A stretch of 63,711 nt of DNA, filler included, from Lenisia limosa (GCA_001655205.1; 13 parts of 13 records of this genome joined end to end with filler, not necessarily neighbours in it), one strand, 5' to 3'. Shown: positions 35,531 through 47,879, numbered from the whole stretch's first letter. The notes: generated by a model not told the origin, from the sequence alone. Translations and numbers: made by a program.

Positions 35531-38500
35531 CACCATCCAAGGGCACCACATAGATGTCGGTATTATCGGAAGAATGCATTTGCCATTCCGGGCTTTGTGA
35601 GGACAAAACGAACTAAATTGTGAGGGCAGAGGAATCATGACCATTATGTAGATGTATATACAGTGACTATGATAAGTTGTGACCAAATTCCCTTGAGAAA
35701 TCATATCAAATCTAACCCCAGAAGTAAGATTTCGATAAATCCTCCAGAAATATCGATATTTTGTTGTAATTCTGTATCAATCCCAAATCATGATCAGAGG
35801 TTTGTTCATATTGTCAGAACATACTCGGAGGATCTCGGCAAGATCAAAGATCAAATCCTGGCTGTCGGAAGCGGAAGCGAAATAGGCTGACAGGTGGCTG
35901 CTGATTCGGGTAACGTGCTGGGGGGGGGGNNNNNNNNNNNNNNNNNNNNNNNNNNNNNNNNNNNNNNNNNNNNNNNNNNNNNNNNNNNNNNNNNNNNNNN
36001 NNNNNNNNNNNNNNNNNNNNNNNNNNNNNNNNNNNNNNNNNNNNNNTGTAAAATTGGAAAAAACAAAAACAAACAAGCCCAAAATCAAATTTGTTGGCTT
36101 GGGGAGCGGAGGAGTTATTACATCCACGGAATGTACCCTCCTCCCCTCACCATACTATAATATGGTATGTCTGTCAACAATACAGGCCCCTCACTCTGAT
36201 ATTGCAATCGTATCTCTCCCTTTCAATGAAGAAGGATTCTTCCAGCCCCCTCTTGATGAGAGACAAAGCCATCTTGGCGTTTGCTGCGTTGAATCCTGGG
36301 TGGTGGGGTAAAATTGGAGAATTTAGGAAACAAAAAAGCCCAAAATCAACTCTGTTGGCTAACAACACACTTGGGTTGATCACAACANNNNNNNNNNNNN
36401 NNNNNNNNNNNNNNNNNNNNNNNNNNNNNNNNNNNNNNNNNNNNNNNNNNNNNNNNNNNNNNNNNNNNNNNNNNNNNNNNNNNNNNNNNNNNNNNNNNNN
36501 NNNNNNNNNNNNNNNNNNNNNNNNNNNNNNNNNNNGCAGCCAAGGGCGTTATCCAGGGTTCGGAGAATGAGATAATCATCTTCCAACATAGCGGTCAAGA
36601 GATGGGATAGAAGATTCTGGGAGGTGAGGATAGAAGATTCTGGAGCTTGGCTCTTTAGAAATACGTCAAAAGATGTAAAAATTGACTTTGTTTGAATATT
36701 TTTTCATAAAAATTCCACTTTAATTACTTTTTTTAAAACTACAGAAGCAACAAATATGCACCCCATTTTTAGATAAATTCTGGGGGTTGATAAAAGACCA
36801 TTACTCCACCCCCTTACACCAGAAATAACTTGTTTTTGTTTTGTTTCAACAATTTACCTCCCCCCCCCCACCTGGGCCGACTCGGCGTCACCCGAATCTT
36901 GAAGATCATAGATCGTTTCACGCACCAGAAGTGCCACGGACTCCATGCGGTCGTCTGGGGGGAGGAGGAGTGAAATTGGGAAAATTAAAGAAACGAAAAG
37001 GCCCAAATCAACCCTGTTGGCTGGCAACTCACGAAGGTTGATAACAAAAAAACAAAGAAAGCCCAGGCCAGTCGNNNNNNNNNNNNNNNNNNNNNNNNNN
37101 NNNNNNNNNNNNNNNTACTAGCTAACAAAGTCACCCAATCATTTGCCTTATAACTCTGTGCACACAGCTTTTGCGTGCTTACGTAGAATGATCGATATTG
37201 TCATGTTCATATACACAGATACATCATATGATATATGATATATGTATGTATACATGTTGTAGTATATGATAGATATAATATTAATTTATCTAATCGTGGA
37301 TCAACATGTAGCGTGATGGTATGGACCGCTTCGCCAGAGACAACCTTATTTCTCATTGTTCTATATAGTAATATATGAACCTGTTTGTTTCGTTGAGGTA
37401 TACTCGTATATAATATAAATTCACCTAATCATGTAATCGACATGAAGTATATTTAGGGCTTCCCTATGTTCCGATAAAACACCGAATCTCTCAATAAATC
37501 CTCGATAAATATCGATATTTAAACGGTCTTAAAACCCCAAAAGCCAACTTGAGGGTGTGAGAGCGGCCGTAATGAGGCTGGTCAAGAGAGGGACTGGGTT
37601 CGTGGCAGGCGTGAGGGAAATCTGGGGGGTGAGACAAAAAATGAAACAAAGGAGAGAGTAATAAACATGCAGTATGATAATGATATACTATATGTAATAT
37701 ATTTATGATATAGTATAAACAGTGACCGGGATAAGTCTTGACCTGTTTTATTTGAGAAATCACATAGACAATCTGTCAAGACTTCTTCTGGAGTATATAT
37801 ATAAATCATATCATATATGCATATACAATAATATCATATCATATCATATATTTAACTCCCCTCATCTACATATGATATCAATATACTATATACATCTAAT
37901 GGTACACTCCCCCCCACATCCTGAAGCTTGACGATAACCTCCTCTTGTGTGGTGTCCTCAAAATACGAGTATCCAACATACTTGGCTGGAGTGTAATGGA
38001 TATGGGGTGAAGTTCGTAGAAGGGGGTGGGATTGAGAGGGAGAGAAAAAGGGGAGAGGGGAATATCCAAGAAACTTAGCTGTATTGGGTGCGATATTTAG
38101 AAGTAGGGCTTCACCTTGGTACCGAATTTCTCGATTAATCCTCGAAAACTATCGATATTTTACCGGTTTCTTTCAGACCGGAGCGAAGCCCTAGTTTGAA
38201 GGTTGTTATTTATTGGAAGATTGAGGGGAGGGGGGGAGCAGCTAATAAACTTTTACGGTTTGAGATTGTTGAAAGGTTGATACTATTAAACAAAAAGCAC
38301 AATATTGAGGCTTCAATGCTCCACTACCNNNNNNNNNNNNNNNNNNNNNNNNNNNNNNNNNNNNNNNNNNNNNNNNNNNNNNNNNNNNNNNNNNNNNNNN
38401 NNNNNNNNNNNNNNNNNNNNNNNNNNNNNNNNNNNNNNNNNNNNNNNNNNNNNNNNNNNNNNNNNNNNNNNNNNNNNNNNNNNNNNATACTGTATAATAA

Positions 38501-39654
38501 TAATATTAATAAATATTAATAAAGAATAATAATGAACAATAAAAAATAATAATAAAAACGATTGTTTATACCAACCGTTCATAAGCCTGAAGAACTTCCT
38601 TGAATATAGCTGGGGTTCCGTGAGACCCAGAACCTCATTGTGCGTGTTGATGTAGAAGAAATAGTTCCTGGGGGAGGGGGTTAGAGGCGTATGAAGAAAT
38701 ATAAAAATAATAACATAAATAAAGGCAGTGTAAAAAAAAAAAAAACAAGGTTAAATTACACATTATTTGTTCGCCCCCGTCCCCAACATGTAATAGGCAA
38801 AGTCGTCGAAATCGTCGTAAACGTTGGCGAAGTTGAAGGACGTTTCCAAAGCCGTGCCGGACTCAGGACGGACCACCAGGCTTCGGGTGGATTCGTATAT
38901 TGAGAACCTGGGGAGGTCAAATATGTATATATCTCGATATATACTGTACATGTATGGAATACTAAATATAGTATTCAAAAAATTAGATGTATGTATAGCT
39001 ATAGTAATGAGAAATAAAAATAAGGTTGTATCTGGCCGAAACCATCAATTATAAGAGATATTGGATTATAGTATAATATTAATTCACCCAATCATTTGCC
39101 TTACAACTCTGTGCACACAGCTTTCTGCGTGCCTCCCCAGCATACACATATATCGATATACATACCATATATGAATATTTTATGATATACATGTACATAT
39201 CGATATATAGCTAGCAATATCCAGTCAAAGAATGGACTCATCGCGGTCATTTCCATTCGCCCCACCAGTATTCTTCATCGCAATTTCCTCGTTTACCCCC
39301 CCCCCCCAAACCTGAGAGAAACAGGTTTGGTGATTGTGGTAACACCGTCAACCACAATAGATGCATGGACAGTGCTATGTTGTTAGTTTAAATAAGATGA
39401 CAGAAATGTGACAGAAAGATGGCAAAAATAAGAAAAAATAAAATAGATGATAGAAATGGGAGAAAGATGACGGAAAGTTAGAAGACAGAAGATAGAAAGA
39501 TGGCAAGGTAGAATATAAGAGAAATATGATGATTACGATGCCCCCCCCCCCAACCATTCATCACAAGGCATTCCCGCGTATATGGTGAACTTGGTGCTGC
39601 GCGCGGCCTTGTTGAAATCTGCCTCGAAAGCTGCAGGGGCACCTGTGATGTGCC
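35531..39654 (-). CDS. Multi-exon hypothetical protein, partial at both ends
   Basis: Phase-consistent exons: HITGAPAAFEADFNKAARSTKFTIYAGMPCDE, FSIYESTRSLVVRPESGTALETSFNFANVYDDFDDFAYYM, NYFFYINTHNEVLGLTEPQLYSRKFFRLMN, KYVGYSYFEDTTQEEVIVKLQD, DRMESVALLVRETIYDLQDSGDAESAQ, GFNAANAKMALSLIKRGLEESFF, HVTRISSHLSAYF.., PEWQMHSSDNTDIYVVPLD. Confidence 0.72.
36048..36099 (-). mobile_element. Family A repeat
   Basis: Minus strand AGCCAACAAATTTGATTTTGGGC..TTTTCCAATTTTAC, gap, then C-run and AG acceptor at ~35919. Confidence 0.78.
36296..36387 (-). mobile_element. Family A repeat ending at acceptor
   Basis: AGCCAACAGAGTTGATTTTGGGC..CCAATTTTACCCCACCACCCAG|GATTC. Confidence 0.85.
36955..37074 (-). mobile_element. 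Family A repeat ending at acceptor
   Basis: CGACTGGCCTGGGCTTT..AGCCAACAGGGTTGATTTGGGCC..CCAATTTCACTCCTCCTCCCCCAG|ACGAC. Confidence 0.87.
37454..37545. mobile_element. hAT-like MITE
   Basis: TAGGGCTTCCCTATG + core ATAAATCCTCGATAAATATCGATA. Confidence 0.72.
37720..37790. mobile_element. Tc1/mariner-like MITE, degenerate right end
   Basis: CAGTGACCGGGATAAGTCTTGA..GTCAAGACTT. Confidence 0.75.
38104..38193. mobile_element. hAT-like MITE with degenerate 8-bp TSD
   Basis: TAGGGCTTC..GAAGCCCTA; flanks TTTAGAAG / GTTTGAAG (6 of 8). Confidence 0.85.
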
Positions 39655-39754
39655 NNNNNNNNNNNNNNNNNNNNNNNNNNNNNNNNNNNNNNNNNNNNTT
39701 AATTAATTAANNNNNNNNNNNNNNNNNNNNNNNNNNNNNNNNNNNNNNNNNNNN
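39655..39754. other. Artificial contig linker
   Basis: 44N-TTAATTAATTAA-44N. Confidence 0.97.
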
Positions 39755-39840
39755 TGAAGAATATTGGCGTACTCCAAACAAACAAATAAACAATAAACAA
39801 GAACAAACACGAGCAACCAACGTTAAAAGACAAAAAAAGG
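39755..39840 (-). mobile_element. Family B repeat (MAD1 intron)
   Basis: TTTTAACGTTGGTTGCTCGTGTTTG..TACGCCAATATTCTTCA then linker. Confidence 0.78.
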
Positions 39841-39854
39841 GGAGGAGAGCATAC

Positions 39855-40417
39855 TTAGTAAGGTAGACCAAGACACTTTCCTCCAGGGTAGCCGTGTAGT
39901 CATTTGCTAGCAAATGGACACTACCATCCTCCTGTCAATGTGAAAACGATGCAATTAGGGCTTCCATAGGTCCTCAAAAAACAGGATAAATCAAAACGCG
40001 CGGACCATATGTGAAAACAAAATAAATGGAACCACAAGACAGCTGGTATTAGCAGCCAACTGGGTATGAAAAATCAATATGCAACAATACAAACCTAAGC
40101 ATTGAAAGATACGAATAAATAACCTGTCCTGAAAAGATGCCCACTTTGCTCGATCTAAAGATCAGTTCGTCGGTCTCGTTTTCACCGAAAAGGGACCTCA
40201 AGTGATATTGATCGCCAATAAGGTCACTAAAAGGTGAGATATATTTTTTTAAAAAAAAAGCAATGGAGTCAGCAAATAAAGTAAACACTTTCAAAAAAAA
40301 AAAAAGTACACACCAGCCCCCTCCCCCTGCGAACATTTTGAAGCCAGTCATGATACAACACGCCTCTCTGAATTCGGCAATCTTCTGTTTAAACAGGGTC
40401 TTGAGAATCTTTGTTCG
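39855..40417 (-). CDS. MAD1: Spindle assembly checkpoint protein MAD1, C-terminal region, partial
   Basis: RTKILKTLFKQKIAEFREACCIMTGFKIDLIGDQYHLRSLFGENETDELIFRSSK and EDGSVHLLANDYTATLEESVLVYLT match the MAD1 C-terminal pattern (RLKEVF..KI.EFR.ACY.LTGY.ID....QYRL.S.YAE...D.LIF). Confidence 0.85.
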
Positions 40418-40637
40418 CTGAGTTGTAAGTAAATGTAACAGAAAAGGTGATATTGAGAAAACGGAGCAGAAAAGATGATAATATAAGAAACATAGTAGAT
40501 TACGTGATTTGTATAAATGTAGCTGAAGAGGTGACATTGTTAGTGAATGTAGCAAATTATGTTCCGCACCAACTCAAATATGTTTGTTGTTACCTATATC
40601 CACAACCCTATCAACCTCTAATGTTGTGTATTTTTAC

Positions 40638-40743
40638 TAGGGCTCCGTACAATTAATTCAAAATTAATTTCAAAATTTGAAGTGAGATATCATACTATAT
40701 GATATTGTAAACTCAATTTCAGACACTGTAATTTCAAATTTTG
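40638..40743. mobile_element. TAGGGCTCCGTGCAATT MITE subfamily, cut by gap
   Basis: TAGGGCTCCGTACAATTAATT..AAACTCAATTTCAGACAC. Confidence 0.75.
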
Positions 40744-41204
40744 NNNNNNNNNNNNNNNNNNNNNNNNNNNNNNNNNNNNNNNNNNNNNNNNNNNNNNNNN
40801 NNNNNNNNNNNNNNNNNNNNNNNNNNNNNNNNNNNNNNNNNNNNNNNNNNNNNNNNNNNNNNNNNNNNNNNNNNNNNNNNNNNNNNNNNNNNNNNNNNNN
40901 NNNNNNNNNNNNNNNNNNNNNNNNNNNNNNNNNNATCAATGTTTAAATATTATATGATATAGTATAGAAAAAAAGCTAAATAATGGGAAATAAAAGTAAA
41001 TTGTGACAATAATGTTCCGATTTCCTGAGTCAAAGTACATCAAATTGGGGGTGATTGGAACTGTCAATAGAGAGCCTTGCTAAGATAGGGGTGATTTCAA
41101 CTTTTCACAACATAATAACAAAAGATTCACTCCGAAAGAGGGAAAAATCTTGCATAACATCCAGGTGGTTGCAACCCCAATGTATCATTTTCCGTCCCTT
41201 GAAT

Positions 41205-41315
41205 TAGGGCTTCACTTCGGCTCTAAAAAATACTGAATTTCTCGATTCACTATTTATAAATCCCCGAAAACTATCGATATTTTACCGATATTTTTCGAAC
41301 CGAACTGAAGCCCTA
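41205..41315. mobile_element. hAT-like MITE with degenerate 8-bp TSD
   Basis: TAGGGCTTCACTTCGG..CCGAACTGAAGCCCTA; flanks CCTTGAAT / CCTAGAGT (6 of 8). Confidence 0.85.
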
Positions 41316-41377
41316 CCTAGAGTGTTCAGTATTGATATATAAAAAACCCCATTTTCCCCACACACATAAAGAATATC

Positions 41378-41477
41378 NNNNNNNNNNNNNNNNNNNNNNN
41401 NNNNNNNNNNNNNNNNNNNNNTTAATTAATTAANNNNNNNNNNNNNNNNNNNNNNNNNNNNNNNNNNNNNNNNNNNN
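41378..41477. other. Artificial contig linker
   Basis: 44N-TTAATTAATTAA-44N. Confidence 0.97.
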
Positions 41478-41659
41478 CTTTTGAAGCTGGAAAAAAGAAG
41501 AGAAAGTGCATTGCTACACATTCTGCAGATCATTGGATTGAAGTATTGTTGGAAAATCGGAACCTTTTCTTGCTTCTGCATGTTTTCACTTCTTTTTTTC
41601 GACATTAGCTTTCTTGATTCTTGCCATTTCTTTCTTGTAAATATTGTGCAAAATTGGAA

Positions 41660-43195
41660 TGACTTTTCAGGAAGGGGAAGGTCAAGACTACGAAAAAGCG
41701 CCCTGTGAAGAAAAAGAGGAAATAGAAGTTTGTCATTTAGTTTTATGTCTTACTTTTAGAAGACAATCTCATTCTGAGTGTCTACATTTTTCTATTGCTT
41801 TTATGAGCTTTGATGTTTGTAATATTAGAACCTTTCTGAAACATACAGCTTGTGATGTTTTATACACTGAGAGTTACTGCTTTCCCCTTCGCAACATTTT
41901 TTATTGAATTAGTGTTTTTTTGAAGAATATCAAAAAAAGTGGACACGGTCATGTCCCCCCACCTATACTGTAAAACACCAATATATTTGTATATTTGTAA
42001 AGATGAAGTGAGCAAAAATACTGTTCTACCCAGGACAAGTACATTGTGCGTAGATATTTCATTTCCAAGATTATCGACAATTCTGAGGAGCTCACTAAAT
42101 TATTGAAAATTCGAAATTTCTGTGAAATCATACATTTAGGGTCTGTGTGCTGAAGGCACTTTTACAATCATAAAAAAATTAAAAATCCGATTTCCCTGCA
42201 CAAATGAGATATTTGGCACTATTTAACACGGTCACAAAGCGAGACAAATATGTTAAAAATTGCGACATAAACCTAAAAATTGGAAAAATAAATATTATAG
42301 GTGAAAATCAATTTGGCTCTCACCTTCTTTGTCTTTCCATGTAGCGCATATCTTCGATTTGAAGATTATTTCGTCCATTTGCTTCATAGTTTTGGCTGAA
42401 CATGGAAATTCTTGAAACAAACCGTTACAAAAGTTGACTTTCAAAAGGCTTTTTTAAAAAAATTTCTCGATATATGCATTTTTTACAGGGTGGTATTTTT
42501 TTTATTTTATTGTTTTTATCAAAAATACCGCTTAGAAGGATAAAAAGAGAGAATAATTGTCCAAATAGTGTATCGTTCGGCTTGTTTATGGTGCAAAATG
42601 CTTGATATAAGTGTTATTTAGTTACGGGTTAGGCGATTGACAACTCTTAAATGAAGAGAACAGAGAGAAAAGAAAAAGAGTGGTCACTAAAGAAAAAAGA
42701 GCGTTATTATTGTTTAAAAAAGTTTCCCACTCCAGGGCTCAATCCCCCGACTTCTTGTTTGAAAACTCCATCTGTACCAATGCAAAAATATAATATACTC
42801 GTGCTCCAAAACGCCGTTGTTTTTGGATATCCCGTCACTTTTGAATTTTGGAGAAATAAACTTGAAATTGTTTTTTTCTGCCTCATATCTGTTGTTAACA
42901 GTAGTTAATGAGTAATTTAGGCAAGCAAGTACCAAGTAACCGTAACAGACAATAAAAAAATAGTATTGATTTTCTAAAATGAACGTCTTTTCTTCTTTTG
43001 AGGTTTCTTTTTCTCCTTTTGTCTGCACATAAGCTTGGTATGACGTTGGTGGTAGGAACAAGGATACCTCCTTGGTTCTCGCTGCAGGGTATTTTGCGGA
43101 TGTTATTAGCTTAAATGTATTAATGATTAATATTCTTATTGTTTTCAGTTACAATTTTAGGAAAATCAGGTAGAAGAAGCTGTGATTGAGATGGT
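41660..43195 (+). CDS. Scattered possible exons of an unidentified gene
   Basis: Short AG/GT-bounded segments (e.g. ENQVEEAVIEM|GTGAG at ~43162-43195) in otherwise AT-rich, repeat-derived DNA; not assembled. Confidence 0.2.
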
Positions 43196-43813
43196 GAGAT
43201 TGTCTATCCTTTTGATTTTGTCCAATAGTACATATATCATATAATAAATGTACTATGTCTATACACTATGTACATTGCGTGAGATAAGTAATGGTACAAA
43301 GTTTTTTTTGTATTATGTAAATAGTACTATGAATTATCATACATTACAGAGAATTATTTATTTTTATGTTGCCACACATAAATTGTGACGGTTATGATTA
43401 ATTGTAACGGTTTTGATCTATGGGACCTTTTTTTTCTTTTTCTGTCTATTCATGTAAAACATATCTTCTCATTTCCCAAATTCGTTTAATTATTAATTTC
43501 TAGAGTTGCTGACCAAAATAGCTATTTTTCAAAATCACAAGAAAGGATAAGAAAAAAAAAATACTCTTTCTTTTTCTTTGTCTTTGCTTTTTGCTTCTTC
43601 TTCATCTTGGCAATTACATGTGAATCTGGGCGCAAGACTCTACCTTGATTTTGACATTTGTTCCTTGCCCTATCCACCTTGATCTCACTTTCACTTGGAG
43701 TTACCTGAACATATGATTCTGCATATAGTACATCAACCAACTTGACCTGGTCAAATCACAGCTACTTGTTCACCACGCTCAAGTACAAAGAAACGTACCG
43801 GCTTCAATACCAA

Positions 43814-43913
43814 NNNNNNNNNNNNNNNNNNNNNNNNNNNNNNNNNNNNNNNNNNNNTTAATTAATTAANNNNNNNNNNNNNNNNNNNNNNNNNNNNNNN
43901 NNNNNNNNNNNNN
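43814..43913. other. Artificial contig linker
   Basis: 44N-TTAATTAATTAA-44N. Confidence 0.97.
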
Positions 43914-43980
43914 GCATTTTGTCCACTGATCCGCATTTTGTCCAGTGATCCGCATTTTGACTATATATATATGATATATG

Positions 43981-44327
43981 TATATGTGGGTCCTCAAAGC
44001 TCTGGACAGCATTCAAAACTCCCGGACAGCTTGAAGTTGACCCCTTGTATTGGTCAATGGTAGTGTTTAATACAAAACTGGTTCGACAGAAAAAAAGAAA
44101 ATGACCTCTTAATGTTCCCCAACTTTTTTTTTCCAATTTTGAGCAAGTGTTCCGGGGGTGGCCCCTTTTGTTTTTTCACGGGATTTTTTTCCAAATCTAT
44201 CCCTTTTAGTGTTAAGAAACAAAAAATAGTGCTTTTTACAAGGTCAAACTTTCCCGGATAGTTGCCATTTATTCCTTGAATGTAGCCGATTATAACGGTT
44301 CAAAATTCCGATTTTTTCGCTAATTCT
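43981..44327. mobile_element. Family E copy, internally deleted
   Basis: Collinear match to 18824-19250 (TATATGTGGGTCCTCAAAGC..AAGGTCAAACTTTCCCGGATAGTTGCC). Confidence 0.8.
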
Positions 44328-44764
44328 NNNNNNNNNNNNNNNNNNNNNNNNNNNNNNNNNNNNNNNNNNNNNNNNNNNNNNNCCTATTAATCAACAAAGG
44401 CTTCAAAAGGGATTCACAGTTTCAAAATTTAGGTTTCTTATTTAGAGCTCTATGTATCCCAAATATTTTACTTTGACAAAAATTTGAAACCTACTTTTGA
44501 AATGAAGTAGAAAACCAATCACCCCAAAAATGAAGGGTAACCAAAGCCGAGATCATTTTACTTCTAATTGGCGAAATAAACACAGTATGTACCTCTTTTA
44601 GACTTTTTTTGTCTTAAATTAAGTGTATTGTTCAACAAAAATAGAGAAAAATATACATTCATATCAAACTACATACATATGATATTTTATTTTCCTACTC
44701 GTTCTCTTCTTTTGAAGTTTTGATTTTCTGGTTAAGTTGGCTACGGTTTTTAGTGACCATGATG

Positions 44765-45210
44765 TTATTCCGTCGTAACAAAGAGGAAGGCTGGCCCCTG
44801 CACCTCCTCAAAGCCCGTCGGTCCTATTGTGTATTTATTTCGCTTGTCTTGTCTTATCTTCATTTGATACAGTGTTCCTCCCGTAATTCTTCGTGAATTT
44901 AACAGTGATATTGGTCTCATCGTAGTCAAACTCGATGTTATCGATGGTGGGACCGCGCTCAAGGTCCTTAGTGGTTGGTGGAGGCGGGGAGGAAATGATG
45001 TTGGTGATAGTATGGATCGCCAAAACCAAGGGGAGGTTCTTCTTGACAAATGGTGGGTACGCATGACATGGGTGGAGACGGTAGCCACCGAAAATATTAA
45101 GATAGTCTTGCACAGCGATCTGAAGGAGTCAGGGATGGATGACAAGGCTGCCGAAAAGTTCACCATCCACTCACTCGGTCACACTCGTCAACGAAAAGAA
45201 GAGATCACCT
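44765..45210 (-). CDS. 3' exons of a hypothetical protein
   Basis: Exons IAVQDYLNIFGGYRLHPCHAYPPFVKKNLPLVLAIHTITNIISSPPPPTTKDLERGPTIDNIEFDYDETNITVKFTKNYGRNT and (G)PTGFEEVQGPAFLFVTTE*; coding-like GC content. Confidence 0.55.
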
Positions 45211-45689
45211 GAAGCTATTATGCAGGACTGTGGATGGGGCTCTCTCCGACAAGCCAAGAAATACATGCACAAATGAGGTGTTCAAGTGTTATGTATTTGG
45301 TATTATTTTCATTTGATACAATGCTTTCCCCCAGGGACAAACCGTAATTAATTTGGGTTATTTTGGGGCTTTGGTCCGGATCTCAGAGATATCTGACCAG
45401 AAAAGCCAGCAAAGCTGTCCTCTTCACACTCAATTACGTGTCACCTTACCACAGTATCACAAAGAGGAAGTTAGAATATTTGTGAATAACAAGAATACAA
45501 GACGTTATTATATCAATAATTTTAAATTTTTCCACTCTAGGGCAATCTTCGAGAATACAGAACACGAAAAATCTAGAAATATAAAAATGAGCGTGGCAAA
45601 AATATGATAGATGTAAATAAATCAGGCATAAATGACTTACTGTTGTAGTGTATACTTCGATTTAATGATTTTTTTCCTCTTCATTATAT

Positions 45690-46310
45690 TGGTTGAACAT
45701 AGAAAATTCATGAAAAATAACCGTTACAATAGTTATCTTTAAACCACTGTATTGGAGGTTATGCGAAACACAACTTCGTCCCGTCAACTTTGTGCAAGTT
45801 TTTTTTTGAAAGTTTTCTGGCTGGTTTATTGAGTTTTGGTTTTGCGAAGATTTCCTCCCCAATGGACCATTTATACATAATGTTGTTTTCCTGGATACAA
45901 GATGAGAATTAATTTTCCGCATATAAAGACTTGTAAGAAGAGGAGAGTAGATATTTTGACAGAGGAGGAACACTTGTTGAGTTGGAGATGCGAATGTCGT
46001 TGTCACTTCTCTTTTTACTGCTTCCAAATCCCCCTATTGTAATATTCTAATGTCAATGACGATGTGTTTGCTGCAGAAAGAGACTGCTGCGTTGAAAAAA
46101 CTCAACGTAGCTCTCCCAAGGACAAATAGGTTTATTATACAACATACAACTTATATATTTGATATCCAGTAACAAATATTGATTATTGGAAGGGAAATGG
46201 AGGAGAAGAAGGGACAACTCTAATACATCTGAGGACAATCCGAGGTGGAGAAAGTTGCCAAAAAAAAGCTTGTTTTCAAAATTAGCTTTTCAGAGACTTT
46301 CCTTGCCGGA
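45690..46310. repeat. Interspersed repeat (family F), longer copy
   Basis: Matches 34975-35345; its 5' part (AACCGTTACAA) also matches ~42395-42440. Confidence 0.78.
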
Positions 46311-47879
46311 AGCCTTCGGAAGCGGAAAGTTTTTACTTCCGACAAACTTTACTGGAGCAAGTTTTGTTTTTCGCATTACCTCTATTAACAGAAATGGACT
46401 TCAGATTCGAAAAAATCTGCGTTTCTAAAGTGGGACACTTTATCATGCCCTGGGGGTGGGAGTGTCATGATTGCCTCCCTCCAGCGAAGTAGTTGTGTGA
46501 TGTTGACCTTTCACGTAAAAGCGTACTCGCCATTGGGCAGCGGAGTCACTGAAAAAAAGGCCCACTTTGACGCCCTTCTGATGGCTCAGGTTGGCTTCTG
46601 GTCATCTTTGATATCCGTGATGCCGTGATGCAGCTGTGGTGCTTAGTCAGAGGAGATTTTTATAACTTAAGACGGTGGAAGTGGCCGAAAGACATGACGC
46701 TTCCCCTGCGCAACTCATAAAATATTTCAGTGAAGAATATAGTGTTGAAAACGAGTCTGTTACTTCATTTTATGACCTTTCTGTCACATTTTAAGCTGAA
46801 ATGAATCAACAATTAATTTATATGAAGGGATTTATGTACTTGTACTTTTTCCTGGGAGCCCATCGAGCTTATAATCGCAGCGATGTCTAAAAATGATATA
46901 TTATTTGATGATAAGTATTTTATTTACGTAATATTATTCCAATAATAGCATGTCTCTTATCAATTGCATTCTTAAATTTAAATTTGCGTAATATTAAAAG
47001 TGTTAGGTTGAAGACGATTGGGATTCTCAGGCGCCAACTTTTTTGTGTAGTGTAAGTTCAGTTGTTTTTTACTGATTATAAATATATACTCAAGGTACTA
47101 AAAAAAGTCATTATTTCGAATCACAGTCTTTAATTTTGGTCCACAAGAAATTATTTACTAAAAAAGAATTTTTTTGTGAAGATTTGCCCATTATTACAAG
47201 TTCACTGATAAGCTACACGTTCCTTCCTTCCTCAAGATTCACGCTTTGACAGTTGGTTGAGGAATTTTTCTACAGTGAAGTCCTTTTTCAGTGCCCTTGT
47301 TCAAAGAGGTGTACCCTGACAGTTACATATAATTCCCCTTAATGGAAGAAACCCTCTCAGTCTATCAAATTTTCCTGGTACTCCTGAACAGTAATAATGA
47401 TGAAATACTTTTAAACTAAGAGATATGATGTTGAACCCAAATCAAACAGTGATCCATTTAGCGAAAGATGCTGAAGATTGAGTTGTTGTTGACGAAGCTA
47501 GGGTATTCAAACTTCACATATATATATACAACGAAGAGAAATGGATGTAATAGGAGGGGAGATGGCATTTTTTTTTGTCCTCTCTCTTCTCATGATGAAC
47601 TTCATCACCTATCTTTAACCCGTCTTACCTTATCCTCCCCCCTTACCTCAAAATACTATCAGGTAATCATATTCCTATGATTTTATTTTTTGTTTCTTTT
47701 ACCACATCGTAACCNNNNNNNNNNNNNNNNNNNNNNNNNNNNNNNNNNNNNNNNNNNNNNNNNNNNNNNNNNNNNNNNNNNNNNNNNNNNNNNNNNTAGA
47801 ACAACTTAATTGTATATAATCCCCTCCTCCATATACGCTCTTACCTTTTCGCGCATGCTCTTTTTTTTATGCGTGTCCA

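Noticed and set aside
39235-39311. Poly-G-encoded VWGGGV exon as a slippage or recoding site
   Set aside because: The 12-nt homopolymer length is unreliable, and the run may be a donor-adjacent G-run; exon boundaries cannot be fixed without transcripts.
42722-42790. tRNA- or SINE-like segment on the minus strand
   Set aside because: Only a vague T-arm-like GGGGGATTGAGCCCTGG; I could not fold a cloverleaf and saw no second copy.
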